Positions 1 to 9,262 of a stretch of 64,000 nucleotides of DNA are shown in pieces (within the stretch, counting starts at the first letter, position 1; every line of letters begins with the position of its first letter). Under the pieces are notes generated by a model that made no database searches, was not told where the DNA came from, and saw nothing but the letters and a program-made list of their open reading frames with translations. The position numbers were made by a program, and so were the translations under genes. Source of the stretch: Angustibacter luteus (lineage in GTDB: Bacteria; Actinomycetota; Actinomycetes; Actinomycetales; Angustibacteraceae); NCBI RefSeq assembly GCF_039541115.1, contig NZ_BAABFP010000002.1:806001-870000 (forward strand), written 5' to 3'.

Positions 1-2
1 AC

Positions 3-359
3 CTCCGCGGACTTGGCCGTCTCGGTGTCTATATCGCGCGCACCGCCGCATACCTTCGCAGCGTCGAGGCGGGCGAGGTCAACTTCGACATCGGCTTGCT
101 CAGCCAACAACTCGACCAGCCTGGGCTCGCCGACGCAGTTGCTCTTCGCCGTCAGGCGACGTTCTCGCTCTCCGATATCGCAAAGCTGCGTCATGAGATC
201 GAGCGCATCGTGCCAAACGTGCCAAGCGGCCCTATCGAATCCGTTGAGTCGTACGCCATCGCACATGCAGACCATGGGGAACTGGCAATGCTCATGGCCA
301 CGGTGTTGACCGATGAAGACGAGCTGGAGTACAGCGCACTCACCCTCCCCCCGTTCTGA
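3..359 (+). CDS. C-terminal part of an unknown protein (5' end outside window)
   Basis: Frame +3 is open from base 3 (LRGLGRLGVYIARTAAYLRSVEAGEVNFDIGLLSQQ...LTLPPF*). Its TGA overlaps the next ATG (TGATG, 357-361). Confidence 0.7.
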   Translation, partial: LRGLGRLGVYIARTAAYLRSVEAGEVNFDIGLLSQQLDQPGLADAVALRRQATFSLSDIAKLRHEIERIVPNVPSGPIESVESYAIAHADHGELAMLMATVLTDEDELEYSALTLPPF

Positions 360-1036
360 TGCGTGAACGGATCGCGGTCGTCGGTGACGTCCACGGCAAC
401 GCTCGGGCGTTGGCGCGAGCCTTCGAGTGGCTTGAGACTTGGGACGGATTGGTGATCTTCGTCGGGGATTACGTAAACCGTGGCCCGGCATCGCGCGAAG
501 TCGTCGATCACTTGATCCTCGCCAAGGACGCACTCGGCGAGCGCTTGGTGCTCCTGCGTGGCAATCACGACCAAGTGCTGCTGGACTTCATTTCGGGCGA
601 GAGCCCACGCCGACTGCTTTCGCATGGCGGCCTGACCACCGTCAGCAGCTACCTGAAGGGTACGGAGGCTCAGGCGAGCATTGAGACTTTTCGCGAAACC
701 TTTCCCGACGGGCATCTACGTCTCCTAGGCGACACAGGGACGCACTTCGAGACCGACGAGATGCTGGTGTCGCATGCCGGCTATAACCCTGACAGACCAA
801 CAAGTAGGAGGTCAGAAGACTTGGCCTTGGGACGGCATCATGGGATCTTTTCCCGAGGCGCTACTGCACCAAAGGCGCTCATCATCTGCGGCCACTACAT
901 CCAGAGGGGGATGAAGCCGTTCGAGTCGAGGAACCTGATATGCCTTGACACCGGAAGCGGCACGACCGCGGGGGCTCCGCTGACGTTGGTCACGCTGCCA
1001 GATCGCAACTTCTACCAATTCTACGGAGAGACATGA
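359..1036 (+). CDS. Calcineurin-like metallophosphoesterase (PPP/PphA-like)
   Basis: Motifs GDVHG, GDYVNRG, RGNHD, HAG, CGH, DTG. Confidence 0.9.
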   Translation: MRERIAVVGDVHGNARALARAFEWLETWDGLVIFVGDYVNRGPASREVVDHLILAKDALGERLVLLRGNHDQVLLDFISGESPRRLLSHGGLTTVSSYLKGTEAQASIETFRETFPDGHLRLLGDTGTHFETDEMLVSHAGYNPDRPTSRRSEDLALGRHHGIFSRGATAPKALIICGHYIQRGMKPFESRNLICLDTGSGTTAGAPLTLVTLPDRNFYQFYGET

Positions 1037-2163
1037 CGGATCTGAAGGAGGCATGTCGGGACCTTTTCGCGGCGCTCGATGAGGGCAAGCGCGTAATCTG
1101 CATCCACTATAGTTGCGAAAACTTCCACGATGTCACCGACCGCCCTGTTGCGGTGAGCGCCATCGCTGTTTCCGAACTGACCGATGCAACAGGGGGACGA
1201 GAGTCAACCGTCTTCTCCATCGCCAATTCTTCAGCAAACCAAGACCCGGTCGAACGCGAAAAGGAGATGTTTGCCAGATTCTTCGAGTATGCACGCACAC
1301 GCCCCGATGCGTTCTGGGTTCACTGGAATATGAACAACGCCACCTACGGCTTTTCTGCACTGATCTCTCGATACCGTTACCTGTTGGGCTCTGAACCCAA
1401 CAGTCCGTGGCAGAGCAACCGTCTCTTCGATCTTGACTCACTAGTGGGCGCCAGGTACGGCGATCAGTTTGCCAAGCACCCAAAACTCCTGAGTCTTTGC
1501 TCGTTGAATGGGTATTTCCTCTCGTTCTTCAAGGCGGGCCGTGACGAAGCAAAGGCGTTTTCGGACGGCGACTACGGCTTGTGCGAGAGGTCCACTGCGG
1601 AGAAATCACACCTTCTAGCATCTATTTTGACTGACTTCCGTGCGGGATCGCTGCGTACACAAAACTCAGTCGGTTCACTGCACTTTGCATCCGAGCCCCT
1701 AGACGCTGTGAAGGTCGTGCTGGCCATAGGTGATCGCTTTCGATATGTGGAACGGCAACTGCTCCGTCGCCACGCCTCTCGCGACACGCTTAAGATTCAA
1801 GACGAGTACGATGCACAGGATTTGCTCAGGGCGCTCCTTGCCGTGTTCTTCGAGGATATTCGCCCTGAAGAGGTCGCACCAAAGCTTGGCGGCGCCTCCT
1901 CACGCATCGACTTCATTCTTCCCGACTACGCGCTCGCACTAGAGCTGAAGTACGCGCGTAGCAGCATGACTTCAGCTTCACTCGGCGAGGAACTCATCGT
2001 TGATCGAGACCGGTACCAATCTCGGCAAGAGATCCAGCACCTGATCTGTCTGGTATTTGATCACGACGGCCAGCTCGATAACCCGCGTGGCCTAGAACGG
2101 GACCTGAGTCGGGAGGCCAGCCTTGAATCGTTTGCGGTGACCGTTCGGATCTACGACCGGTGA
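1033..2163 (+). CDS. Two-domain protein: uncharacterised (possibly exonuclease-fold) N-domain plus C-terminal DpnII/MboI-like PD-(D/E)XK nuclease
   Basis: C-terminus EYDAQDLLRALL...DIRPEE...RIDF...LELK...D..RY...FDHDG...NPRGLERDL; N-terminus IHYSCENF...HWNM...YGF. ATGA overlap with the upstream gene. Confidence 0.75.
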   Translation: MTDLKEACRDLFAALDEGKRVICIHYSCENFHDVTDRPVAVSAIAVSELTDATGGRESTVFSIANSSANQDPVEREKEMFARFFEYARTRPDAFWVHWNMNNATYGFSALISRYRYLLGSEPNSPWQSNRLFDLDSLVGARYGDQFAKHPKLLSLCSLNGYFLSFFKAGRDEAKAFSDGDYGLCERSTAEKSHLLASILTDFRAGSLRTQNSVGSLHFASEPLDAVKVVLAIGDRFRYVERQLLRRHASRDTLKIQDEYDAQDLLRALLAVFFEDIRPEEVAPKLGGASSRIDFILPDYALALELKYARSSMTSASLGEELIVDRDRYQSRQEIQHLICLVFDHDGQLDNPRGLERDLSREASLESFAVTVRIYDR

Positions 2164-2250
2164 AGGCCGCCACCCCCACCTGGCTAGGGCTTCGCGCCAT
2201 TTCCCCTGTGGCTGACAGTCATGAAAGTGCCCTGACCGGAGGATTCCTGA

Positions 2251-3465
2251 ATGTGGCGCCCTGATTCAGAGAAGCAACTTGTCGACGCTCTATCAAGTGG
2301 CGATGTACGCGAACATCGCGGCTTGGATGTCAAGCGCGAGGTCGGAGACAGCAACGGACCCCGGCGCGAATTGGCGCGGGATCTTGCCGGATTCGCTATT
2401 GATGGTGGCGCCCTGCTGATCGGCGTCGCCGAGGACACAGACACAGGAACGCTCACGCCTAGTCCCGTCCCCCTAGTTGGGCAGGCGGAGCGCATCGAAC
2501 AGGTAGCAGCGACTCGCATCGACCCTCCACTCTTCGTGCAGGTCCGCGCGATTCCAACTGCGAGCGATCCCGCCCGCGGCTACCTCTGGGTTGATGTTCC
2601 ACCCAGCCCGCTAGCCCCCCATATGGTTGAGGGCGCGTATTGGGGCAGGGTCGACAAGACCAAGGGACGGCTCACCGACGCCCAGGTCCTTCGCTTGCAC
2701 GCCGAGAGGAAGTCCGTCGAGGCCAGCATGTCGGCCACCTTGGACCTTGAGATCGAGCGCGATCCTGTCCCTCTCGGCCTTCAGCGCGAGGGCCACTTGT
2801 ACCTTGCCGCGAACCCGCTATCGCCTCAGGCAGACCTTGGACTCGCCTTTCTCAAGCAACGGGACCAGGCTCGCTTGTTTCGACTGATCAACGCCCCAAG
2901 TACGACTCTGTCGAATCGCGCCCGGGGCATTCCCCCGACACCTGAGTACGCCGGTGCGATGCGACTGCGTGCCGAAGGCATTGCCATGAGCTCGCTTTCG
3001 GAGGGTGCACGTGAGAGCCCGGTCAACGCCGATCGCGAGACAGACCTGGTGGACATCGAGTTCCGGGAGGACGGCGGAATCCGAGCCGTCGTGGGACGCG
3101 CAACAACCACCTGGGGCGAGCGACGCGCGATCGTGGACGGGCTCGCCGTGGCCTACGCGCGCCTGATGTTGGGTTGGGCACGAGAGTACGGCTCGGAGTG
3201 TGCCTTCTCTGGGGTGTGGGTCTTTGGTCTTGCCGCCACCGGGCTGAAGAACCTGTCGTCCTCGGTGTACGACAGTTCAAGCATTCGCCGTCAGCCTCCA
3301 ATCTACGACGCTGCGCAGTACCGAGCCGTGACGAGAGCTAGCACCCTCGAGTTGGAGGATCAGCCCTGGGCTGTAGCGGATCGCCTCGTCTCGAAGTTGC
3401 TTCGGAGCTTGGCGACCGAGCAGTACTTCATAGCCGATCTTCAGACACCCAACTCGGCGGGCTAG
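2251..3465 (+). CDS. Schlafen/AlbA_2-domain protein
   Basis: N-terminal E-x3-LDVKRE...ARDLAGFAIDGGALLIGVAE...PPL...VPPSPLAPHMV...YWGR; RBS GGAGG at 2238-2242. Confidence 0.8.
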   Translation: MWRPDSEKQLVDALSSGDVREHRGLDVKREVGDSNGPRRELARDLAGFAIDGGALLIGVAEDTDTGTLTPSPVPLVGQAERIEQVAATRIDPPLFVQVRAIPTASDPARGYLWVDVPPSPLAPHMVEGAYWGRVDKTKGRLTDAQVLRLHAERKSVEASMSATLDLEIERDPVPLGLQREGHLYLAANPLSPQADLGLAFLKQRDQARLFRLINAPSTTLSNRARGIPPTPEYAGAMRLRAEGIAMSSLSEGARESPVNADRETDLVDIEFREDGGIRAVVGRATTTWGERRAIVDGLAVAYARLMLGWAREYGSECAFSGVWVFGLAATGLKNLSSSVYDSSSIRRQPPIYDAAQYRAVTRASTLELEDQPWAVADRLVSKLLRSLATEQYFIADLQTPNSAG

Positions 3466-3707
3466 CCACGACCGGCACGTGCCTCGGCGGCTCGGCATAG
3501 ATCACCGAGCGATAGGTCCAGAGCCCAAGCTAGCCGGGCTGCCACCTGAAGCGTGACTCCACGCTCGCCACGCTCAATCAATCCGACAGACGTGCGGTGG
3601 AGGCCGGCCTCCCCGGCGAGTTGTTCCATGGACCAGCCGCGCTCTCGACGCGCAACCGCCAACTCCTCGGCAACGGAGCGAGCAAACACTTCGTCACGGG
3701 CCGGCAC
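3462..3707 (-). CDS. XRE-family HTH regulator resembling restriction-modification controller (C) proteins
   Basis: RRERGWSMEQLAGEAGLHRTSVGLIERGERGVTL; 81 aa; candidate -10 TAGGTT 6 nt before the GTG start. Confidence 0.85.
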   Translation of the reverse strand: MPARDEVFARSVAEELAVARRERGWSMEQLAGEAGLHRTSVGLIERGERGVTLQVAARLAWALDLSLGDLCRAAEARAGRG

Positions 3708-3742
3708 ATGGCGAACCTACGGACCGTGGCCGCACGACGCCA

Positions 3743-3758
3743 CGAGACTATAGTCTCG
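3743..3758. promoter_or_regulatory. Perfect 16-bp palindrome CGAGACTATAGTCTCG; putative operator (C-box-like GACT..AGTC)
   Basis: Lies between the divergent XRE gene and a hypothetical gene; contains TATAGT (3749-3754). Confidence 0.65.
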
Positions 3759-3761
3759 GCT

Positions 3762-4223
3762 GTGTCCAACGAGACTCCCAAATCGGTACTAGGTGAAGAT
3801 GGCGGCTACTACTGGCCAATGATCGGGACGCCCGTCGCCCGGGAAGAGGCCTGGTCGCGGTTCTGGGCGGTCATGCGGGATGGCCTAGCCGAGCTTGCCA
3901 TGGAAGGCCGGCTGCCAGAGTGGATCGTTGACCCAGACTGCGCCGACGCCATGAAATCAGCCTCAACCCCCGGGGAGGGTCGACGCGCTGCCATGGAGTT
4001 GTGGATCACAAAGCTCATACGCGGCGATGTCGTCGAGATGCAGGTGTTTCCGAATCTCGAGCAGATGGTCTTCGACGGCACCGACGATCTTCGACACGCG
4101 CGTCGGCGAGCGCGACGCGAAGGAATGACAGATGTAGTGGTCAGCCTGGCTGATCGCTACCAGCTGCGCATCGACATAGCGAGGCGCTCGCGATGTAGTG
4201 GCCGTGGCGGAAATAGTCGTTAG
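3762..4223 (+). CDS. Hypothetical protein (island)
   Basis: Open frame; GTG at 3762 lies 7 nt after TATAGT (leaderless-type spacing). Start uncertain, no recognisable motif. Confidence 0.45.
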   Translation: MSNETPKSVLGEDGGYYWPMIGTPVAREEAWSRFWAVMRDGLAELAMEGRLPEWIVDPDCADAMKSASTPGEGRRAAMELWITKLIRGDVVEMQVFPNLEQMVFDGTDDLRHARRRARREGMTDVVVSLADRYQLRIDIARRSRCSGRGGNSR

Positions 4224-4263
4224 CGATGGATCGGTCCGCGGCCAAATGCACTAACGAATTCAG

Positions 4264-5070
4264 TTACAAATCGTAGTCAACCGTAACGGCAGCGTGATCA
4301 CTCCATCGCTCAGCGTAACTGCTTGCCCGCCCGACTGTCGCTTTTACCGCTTTCGTAGCCATTTCTCGTGACGCTAAGTGATAATCGATTCGCCAGCCAG
4401 CGTCGTTATCGAACGCCTGCCCGCGCCAGGACCACCACGTGTACGGGCCGGGGCCCTCACCGGCCAGCGCCCGGTGCACGTCCACGTACCCGCCGCGGGT
4501 CGACGTCCACCGGTCGAGCAGCGCTCGCTCCGCGGGCAGGAAGCCGGCCTTGCCGCGGTTGCCCTTCCAGTTCTTCAGATCTGCCTCGCGGTGGGCGACG
4601 TTGAGGTCGCCGGTCACCACGACGTGCCCACCCACCCGGCGCAGCGCACTCATCCGACGTCCCATGGCGTCCAGGAAGCGCAGCTTCGTGTCCTGGCGCG
4701 GGGTACCCGCCTCGCCCGTGTGCACGTACACCGACACGGCGGTGAGCAGCCCGGACTGGGTCGCGACGTCAGCCTCGACCCAGCGGCCGGTACCGGCGAA
4801 CTCGCGACGACCCACCCCGTGCCGGACGTCGAGCGGCTCGTCGCGGGTCAGCACGGCCACGCCGGCGTGCCCGGCGACCAGGCTCGCGTCGTGCGAGACG
4901 TGCCAGCCGGCGAAGGGACCGACGGCGAGGAGCTCGCGCAGCAGGTCGTCGCCGGCGCGCACCTCTTGCAGCGTCAGGACGTCCGGTTGCTGCGCCGCCA
5001 GCCAGTCGAGCCCGCCGCGCCTGGCGGCGGCCCGGATCCCGTTGACGTTGGCGGAGACGACGCGTAGCAC
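4264..5070 (-). CDS. xth: Exodeoxyribonuclease III / AP endonuclease
   Basis: NVNGIRA, LQEVR, GDLNVAH, YTWWSWRG, GWRIDY, SDHA motifs. Confidence 0.95.
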   Translation of the reverse strand: MLRVVSANVNGIRAAARRGGLDWLAAQQPDVLTLQEVRAGDDLLRELLAVGPFAGWHVSHDASLVAGHAGVAVLTRDEPLDVRHGVGRREFAGTGRWVEADVATQSGLLTAVSVYVHTGEAGTPRQDTKLRFLDAMGRRMSALRRVGGHVVVTGDLNVAHREADLKNWKGNRGKAGFLPAERALLDRWTSTRGGYVDVHRALAGEGPGPYTWWSWRGQAFDNDAGWRIDYHLASREMATKAVKATVGRASSYAERWSDHAAVTVDYDL

Positions 5071-5091
5071 GCGCCTATCCTGCCGGTCGGG

Positions 5092-5565
5092 TCAGCGACG
5101 GATGAAGTCGGTCACCGTGGTGCACTGGCTGGCGCACTGGGTGCCGACGCCGATCTGGTTGACCTTGGGGTCGAGGATGTTCGCCCGGTGACCCGGCGAC
5201 CGCATCCAGAGCGCGACGAGGGAACGGGCGGGCAGGTTGGCGCGCGCGATGTTCTCCGAGGCCCGGTTCGCGCTGCAGGCCTTCATGATGGGCAGCAGCG
5301 CCTGGTGGGTCAGCGTCGACTTGGTGCGCAGCTGGGTGGCCAGCCGCTCGGCGTACCGGTCAGGGCACGAGGTGTACGAGAGCGGCTTGAGGTGGTGGCT
5401 GACGCGCTGGGCGTTGATCGCCTTGACGACCCGCACCTCGTAGGCGTTCAGGTAGGACTGGCTGACGGCCGCCTGCGCCGGTGCGACACCCGCGCCAGCG
5501 ACCACACCAGCGGCCAGTGCCACGGCCACGCCGGCCCGCGCGATTACTCTGGGTGTAGAAGGCAT
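5092..5565 (-). CDS. Secreted CAP (SCP) domain protein
   Basis: Signal peptide; ENIA...WMRSPGHRANIL...IGVG. Confidence 0.9.
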   Translation of the reverse strand: MPSTPRVIARAGVAVALAAGVVAGAGVAPAQAAVSQSYLNAYEVRVVKAINAQRVSHHLKPLSYTSCPDRYAERLATQLRTKSTLTHQALLPIMKACSANRASENIARANLPARSLVALWMRSPGHRANILDPKVNQIGVGTQCASQCTTVTDFIRR

Positions 5566-5648
5566 CCCCAGAGAGTAGGGGGTGAATGGGCCGATTGACT
5601 AGTCCCAATCTCACCCAACGTGCCTGAACAACTACCCAGAGCGCCGCA

Positions 5649-5700
5649 GCGCGGCGTCCCCGAGGGGGCGCCGCGCCGCGGTCGGAGCCTGCCAGGCTCC
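5649..5700 (-). terminator. Tandem GC-rich hairpins downstream of icd
   Basis: gcgcggcgtccc-cgag-ggggcgccgcgc (5649-5676) and ggagcct-gcc-aggctcc (5684-5700). Confidence 0.5.
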
Positions 5701-5710
5701 TTCGGATGTC

Positions 5711-6928
5711 TCAGACCTGAGCTGCGGCCAGGTTCTCGTCCAGCGCCGCGAGGAACTCCTCCGTCGTCAGGAACGGCTGGTCCTTGCTGATCAGCAGCGC
5801 CAGGTCCTTCGTCATCTTGCCGCTCTCGACGGTCTCGATGCAGACGCGCTCGAGCGCCTCCGCGAAGCCCGTGACCTCGGGAGTGCCGTCGAGCTTGCCG
5901 CGGTGCTTCAGGCCACCGGTCCAGGCGAAGATCGAGGCGATCGGGTTCGTGGACGTCGGCTTGCCGGCCTGGTGCTGGCGGTAGTGCCGGGTGACCGTGC
6001 CGTGCGCCGCCTCGGCCTCGACCGTCTGGCCGTCCGGCGTCATCAGGACCGACGTCATCAACCCGAGCGAGCCGAAGCCCTGGGCCACGGTGTCGGACTG
6101 GACGTCGCCGTCGTAGTTCTTGCAGGCCCAGACGTAGCCGCCCTCCCACTTCATCGCGGCCGCGACCATGTCGTCGATCAGCCGGTGCTCGTACGTGAGC
6201 CCCGCCGCGTCGAACTCGCCCTTGAACTCGGCCTCGAAGATGCGCTCGAAGATGTCCTTGAACTGGCCGTCGTAGGCCTTCAGGATCGTGTTCTTGGTGG
6301 ACAGGTACACCGGGTAGCCGCGCTGCAGGCCGTAGCTGAACGACGCCCGCGCGAAGTCCTCGATGGACTTGTTGAAGTTGTACATGCCCATCGCCACACC
6401 GCCGTCCGCGCCGTAGTTGGCGACGACGTGCTGGATCGGCTCGCTCCCGTCCTGCGGGGTGAACGTCATGGTCAGCTCGCCCGCACCGGGCACCTTGAAG
6501 TTGGTCGCCTTGTACTGGTCGCCGTGGGCGTGACGGCCGATGATGATCGGCTTCGTCCAGCCCGGCACCAGCCGCGGGATGTTGCTGATGATGATCGGTT
6601 CGCGGAACACGACCCCGCCGAGGATGTTGCGGATCGTGCCGTTCGGCGAGACGTACATCTTCTTCAGGCCGAACTCCTCGACCCGCGCCTCGTCCGGCGT
6701 GATCGTCGCGCACTTGACCCCGACGCCGTACTGCTTGATGGCGTTGGCCGCGTCGACCGTGACCTGGTCGTCCGTCGCGTCGCGGTGCTCGATGCCGAGG
6801 TCGTAGTACTTGAGGTCGACGTCGAGATAGGGGTGGATCAGGCGGTCCTTGATGAACTGCCAGATGATCCGCGTCATCTCGTCGCCGTCCAGCTCGACGA
6901 CCGGCTGGGCGACCTTGATCTTGGCCAT
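5711..6928 (-). CDS. icd: NADP-dependent isocitrate dehydrogenase
   Basis: [52 protein letters not shown]. Confidence 0.97.
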   Translation of the reverse strand: MAKIKVAQPVVELDGDEMTRIIWQFIKDRLIHPYLDVDLKYYDLGIEHRDATDDQVTVDAANAIKQYGVGVKCATITPDEARVEEFGLKKMYVSPNGTIRNILGGVVFREPIIISNIPRLVPGWTKPIIIGRHAHGDQYKATNFKVPGAGELTMTFTPQDGSEPIQHVVANYGADGGVAMGMYNFNKSIEDFARASFSYGLQRGYPVYLSTKNTILKAYDGQFKDIFERIFEAEFKGEFDAAGLTYEHRLIDDMVAAAMKWEGGYVWACKNYDGDVQSDTVAQGFGSLGLMTSVLMTPDGQTVEAEAAHGTVTRHYRQHQAGKPTSTNPIASIFAWTGGLKHRGKLDGTPEVTGFAEALERVCIETVESGKMTKDLALLISKDQPFLTTEEFLAALDENLAAAQV

Positions 6929-6969
6929 GAGGGGAGCCTCTCGTGGGGATGCGATGCGATTGCTTGACG

Positions 6970-7938
6970 TCAAGATATCGGCAACCCGGTCGCGGTCGCC
7001 ACCCCGGGATCCTCGGCCCATCCGGCCGGGTCCGTCCAGGCCCGCAGCGAGCGCCGGCTCTCGAACCGGCGCGGCCGCCCGCTGACCGGGTCGGTGAACT
7101 CGAGGGTCCGGGCCAGCAGCTGCAGCGGGCGGGACCAGTCGTCCACCGCCTGGTCCCGCACGACGGGGTAGAGCGGGTCGCCGAGGATCGGCAGGCCGAT
7201 CGCGCACATGTGCAGCCGCAGCTGGTGGGTGCGTCCGGTCAGGGGCAGCAGCCGGTACCGCCCGAGCCCGTCCCGCTGCTCGACCAGCTCGATCCGGGTG
7301 CTGCTGTTGGGCTCCCCGGGGACCTCGGCCGCCGCGAACACCCCGCGCTCCTTGACGATCCGGGTGGCCCGCTCGACCGGCAGCTCGACCCGCGGGTCGT
7401 ACGGGGCCACCGCCTCATAGACCTTGCGCACCTGACGGTGCTCGAACAGCGACTGGTACGCGCCGCGCAGCTCGGGGCGGACGACGAACATGACCACGCC
7501 CGCGGTGATCCGGTCCAGCCGGTGCGCCGGGCTCAGGGCTGGCAGGTCGAGCTCGGTGCGCAACCGCACCAGCGCCGTCTGCAGCACGTGCCGGCCGCGC
7601 GGGATCGTCGCCAGGAAGTGCGGCTTGTCCACCACGAGCAGGTCGTCGTCCCGGTGCAGGACGTCGATCTCGAACGGCACCGGCGCCTCGTCCGGCAGGT
7701 CGCGGTGGAACCAGATCGACGTCCCCGGTCGGTACGGCGCGAGCCGCCCGAGCGGACCGTCGCGGTCCACGACCTCGCCGTCGTCCAGCATCTGCTCGAG
7801 CCGGCCCGAGGGTGCCCACGGCAGCCGGTCGTGCAGGTAGTCCAGCACCGTCGCCCAGTCGCCGCCCGCGGGCAGCCGCAGCTCAGCGGGCTCCAGCCCG
7901 TGGCGGCGCGGCAGCGGGGACGGCAGGGCTCGGCGCAT
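6970..7938 (-). CDS. RluA-family RNA pseudouridine synthase
   Basis: VDKPHFL, HRLD catalytic motif, [15 protein letters not shown]. Confidence 0.9.
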   Translation of the reverse strand: MRRALPSPLPRRHGLEPAELRLPAGGDWATVLDYLHDRLPWAPSGRLEQMLDDGEVVDRDGPLGRLAPYRPGTSIWFHRDLPDEAPVPFEIDVLHRDDDLLVVDKPHFLATIPRGRHVLQTALVRLRTELDLPALSPAHRLDRITAGVVMFVVRPELRGAYQSLFEHRQVRKVYEAVAPYDPRVELPVERATRIVKERGVFAAAEVPGEPNSSTRIELVEQRDGLGRYRLLPLTGRTHQLRLHMCAIGLPILGDPLYPVVRDQAVDDWSRPLQLLARTLEFTDPVSGRPRRFESRRSLRAWTDPAGWAEDPGVATATGLPIS

Positions 7939-8012
7939 GGTGGTCCCAGGGTAGGCGCGCTGGCGTGCCGTGCGCGCGAGCGGCAGACTCACGCCGACCC
8001 CTGGAGGCACCC

Positions 8013-8327
8013 GTGCTCGAGAACGCCGCCGACCCCGACATCCTGCGGCAGTCCCTGCAGACCCACCGCGCCCTGCTCAGCGCCGCCTACGCCGAGGGAG
8101 CCCGGCCGGACATCGGCAAGGTGACCAGCCTGGACGTCCGGCTCGATGCGCTGCTCGACCGGTGGAACGAGCTCGACGACGCGGACCAGCGCGACCTGGC
8201 CCGGGTCGTGCAGTACGTGGTGCGGGTGCCGGACGACATCGACGACGTGCACCGGCGGGACGGCCTGGACGATGACGAGGACCAGGTCGAGCAGCTCGTC
8301 ACCCGGCTGCACGACCGGGTGGGCTGA
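8013..8327 (+). CDS. Hypothetical protein, weakly YkvA/DUF1232-like
   Basis: RBS GGAGG before GTG; host-like codon usage; YVVRVPDDIDD...GLDDD. Confidence 0.55.
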   Translation: MLENAADPDILRQSLQTHRALLSAAYAEGARPDIGKVTSLDVRLDALLDRWNELDDADQRDLARVVQYVVRVPDDIDDVHRRDGLDDDEDQVEQLVTRLHDRVG

Positions 8328-8351
8328 CCGACCGCCAGACAAGGCTGTCGG

Positions 8352-9197
8352 TTACGGCACGCCGAGGTCGGTGACGGCGTCACCGACGCGCACGACGCCC
8401 GTGGACAACGGGATCAGCCGGACGCCGAACCAGACCTTGTGGTCCCACCGGCGGTACCGCGCCATGGTCCGCAGCGGCTCCTTGCCGCCGGCCAGCGTCA
8501 CCGGGTCGAGCGTCGTCATCACGCACCGGTCGCAGTGCTCGCCGAACCGGTACTCGACGTCCCCGATCCGGACCCGCCGCCAGCCGTCCTCGACGAACGG
8601 GCGGAGGTCTCCGTCCACCACGACGTTCGGCCGGAACCTCAGCATCGCCAGGGGTTCGGACGCCGGTTCGCCGCGGTCCACCCGTTCGGCGGCCACCCAG
8701 GAGTTGAGCTGGTGCAGCGACGCAGTGGTGGTGAGCAGCAAGGGTCCGGCGTCGGCCAGGCTCAGCGGGTCCGTGCCGCTGCCGCCGTGGTGGGTGCCCA
8801 CCGGCCGCCGGGCCGGGTCGTCCAGCCAGACCAGCCGGGCCGGCTCGCCCAGCAGGTCACTGACCCAGGCGTCGGCGGCCGGCCCCGCGCAGGTCGCCCG
8901 GTCCAGCCGGGACAACGAGACCGCGACGTCGGGCGGACCGTCCGGTGGGGCGACCAGGAGGGTGTCTCGACCCGGCGCGGCCAACGTGAGCCCGTCGTCG
9001 CCGGCGCTCGCCGCGACCGACAGGAGCACGTGCCGCTCGCGGGCGGTGAGCACCTCGCCGTCGGGCCGCACGACCATCCAGCGGCGGTCGTGCCGTAGCC
9101 CGGCAAGCTCGACCCGCGCCCGATCCACCGCCTGGCCGCCGAGCGACTTCACCGGGTAGACGTGCACGGCGCTGACGACCGCAGGCTCGACCCTCAC
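8352..9197 (-). CDS. MOSC domain protein
   Basis: [34 protein letters not shown]. Confidence 0.92.
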   Translation of the reverse strand: MRVEPAVVSAVHVYPVKSLGGQAVDRARVELAGLRHDRRWMVVRPDGEVLTARERHVLLSVAASAGDDGLTLAAPGRDTLLVAPPDGPPDVAVSLSRLDRATCAGPAADAWVSDLLGEPARLVWLDDPARRPVGTHHGGSGTDPLSLADAGPLLLTTTASLHQLNSWVAAERVDRGEPASEPLAMLRFRPNVVVDGDLRPFVEDGWRRVRIGDVEYRFGEHCDRCVMTTLDPVTLAGGKEPLRTMARYRRWDHKVWFGVRLIPLSTGVVRVGDAVTDLGVP

Positions 9198-9262
9198 GAG
9201 GCCCGAACCTACCGAGCGGACTAGGCTCGGCGCGCCAGATCCGTCGTCCTGAGGAGCATGTC

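Larger units (their letters stand above)
1..4410. mobile_element. Right end of a lower-GC genomic island (defence-like cargo), extending off the left edge
   Basis: Line 1501-1560 has 31/60 G+C versus 45/60 for line 4501-4560. Codon usage switches abruptly at ~4410 inside xth. Cargo is nuclease, Schlafen and XRE genes. No integrase within the window. Confidence 0.75.

Noticed and set aside
4264..4410. Diversity-generating retroelement variable region at the xth 3' end
   Set aside because: The conserved protein motifs are preserved, the bias is at third codon positions, and no template repeat or reverse transcriptase is present in the window.
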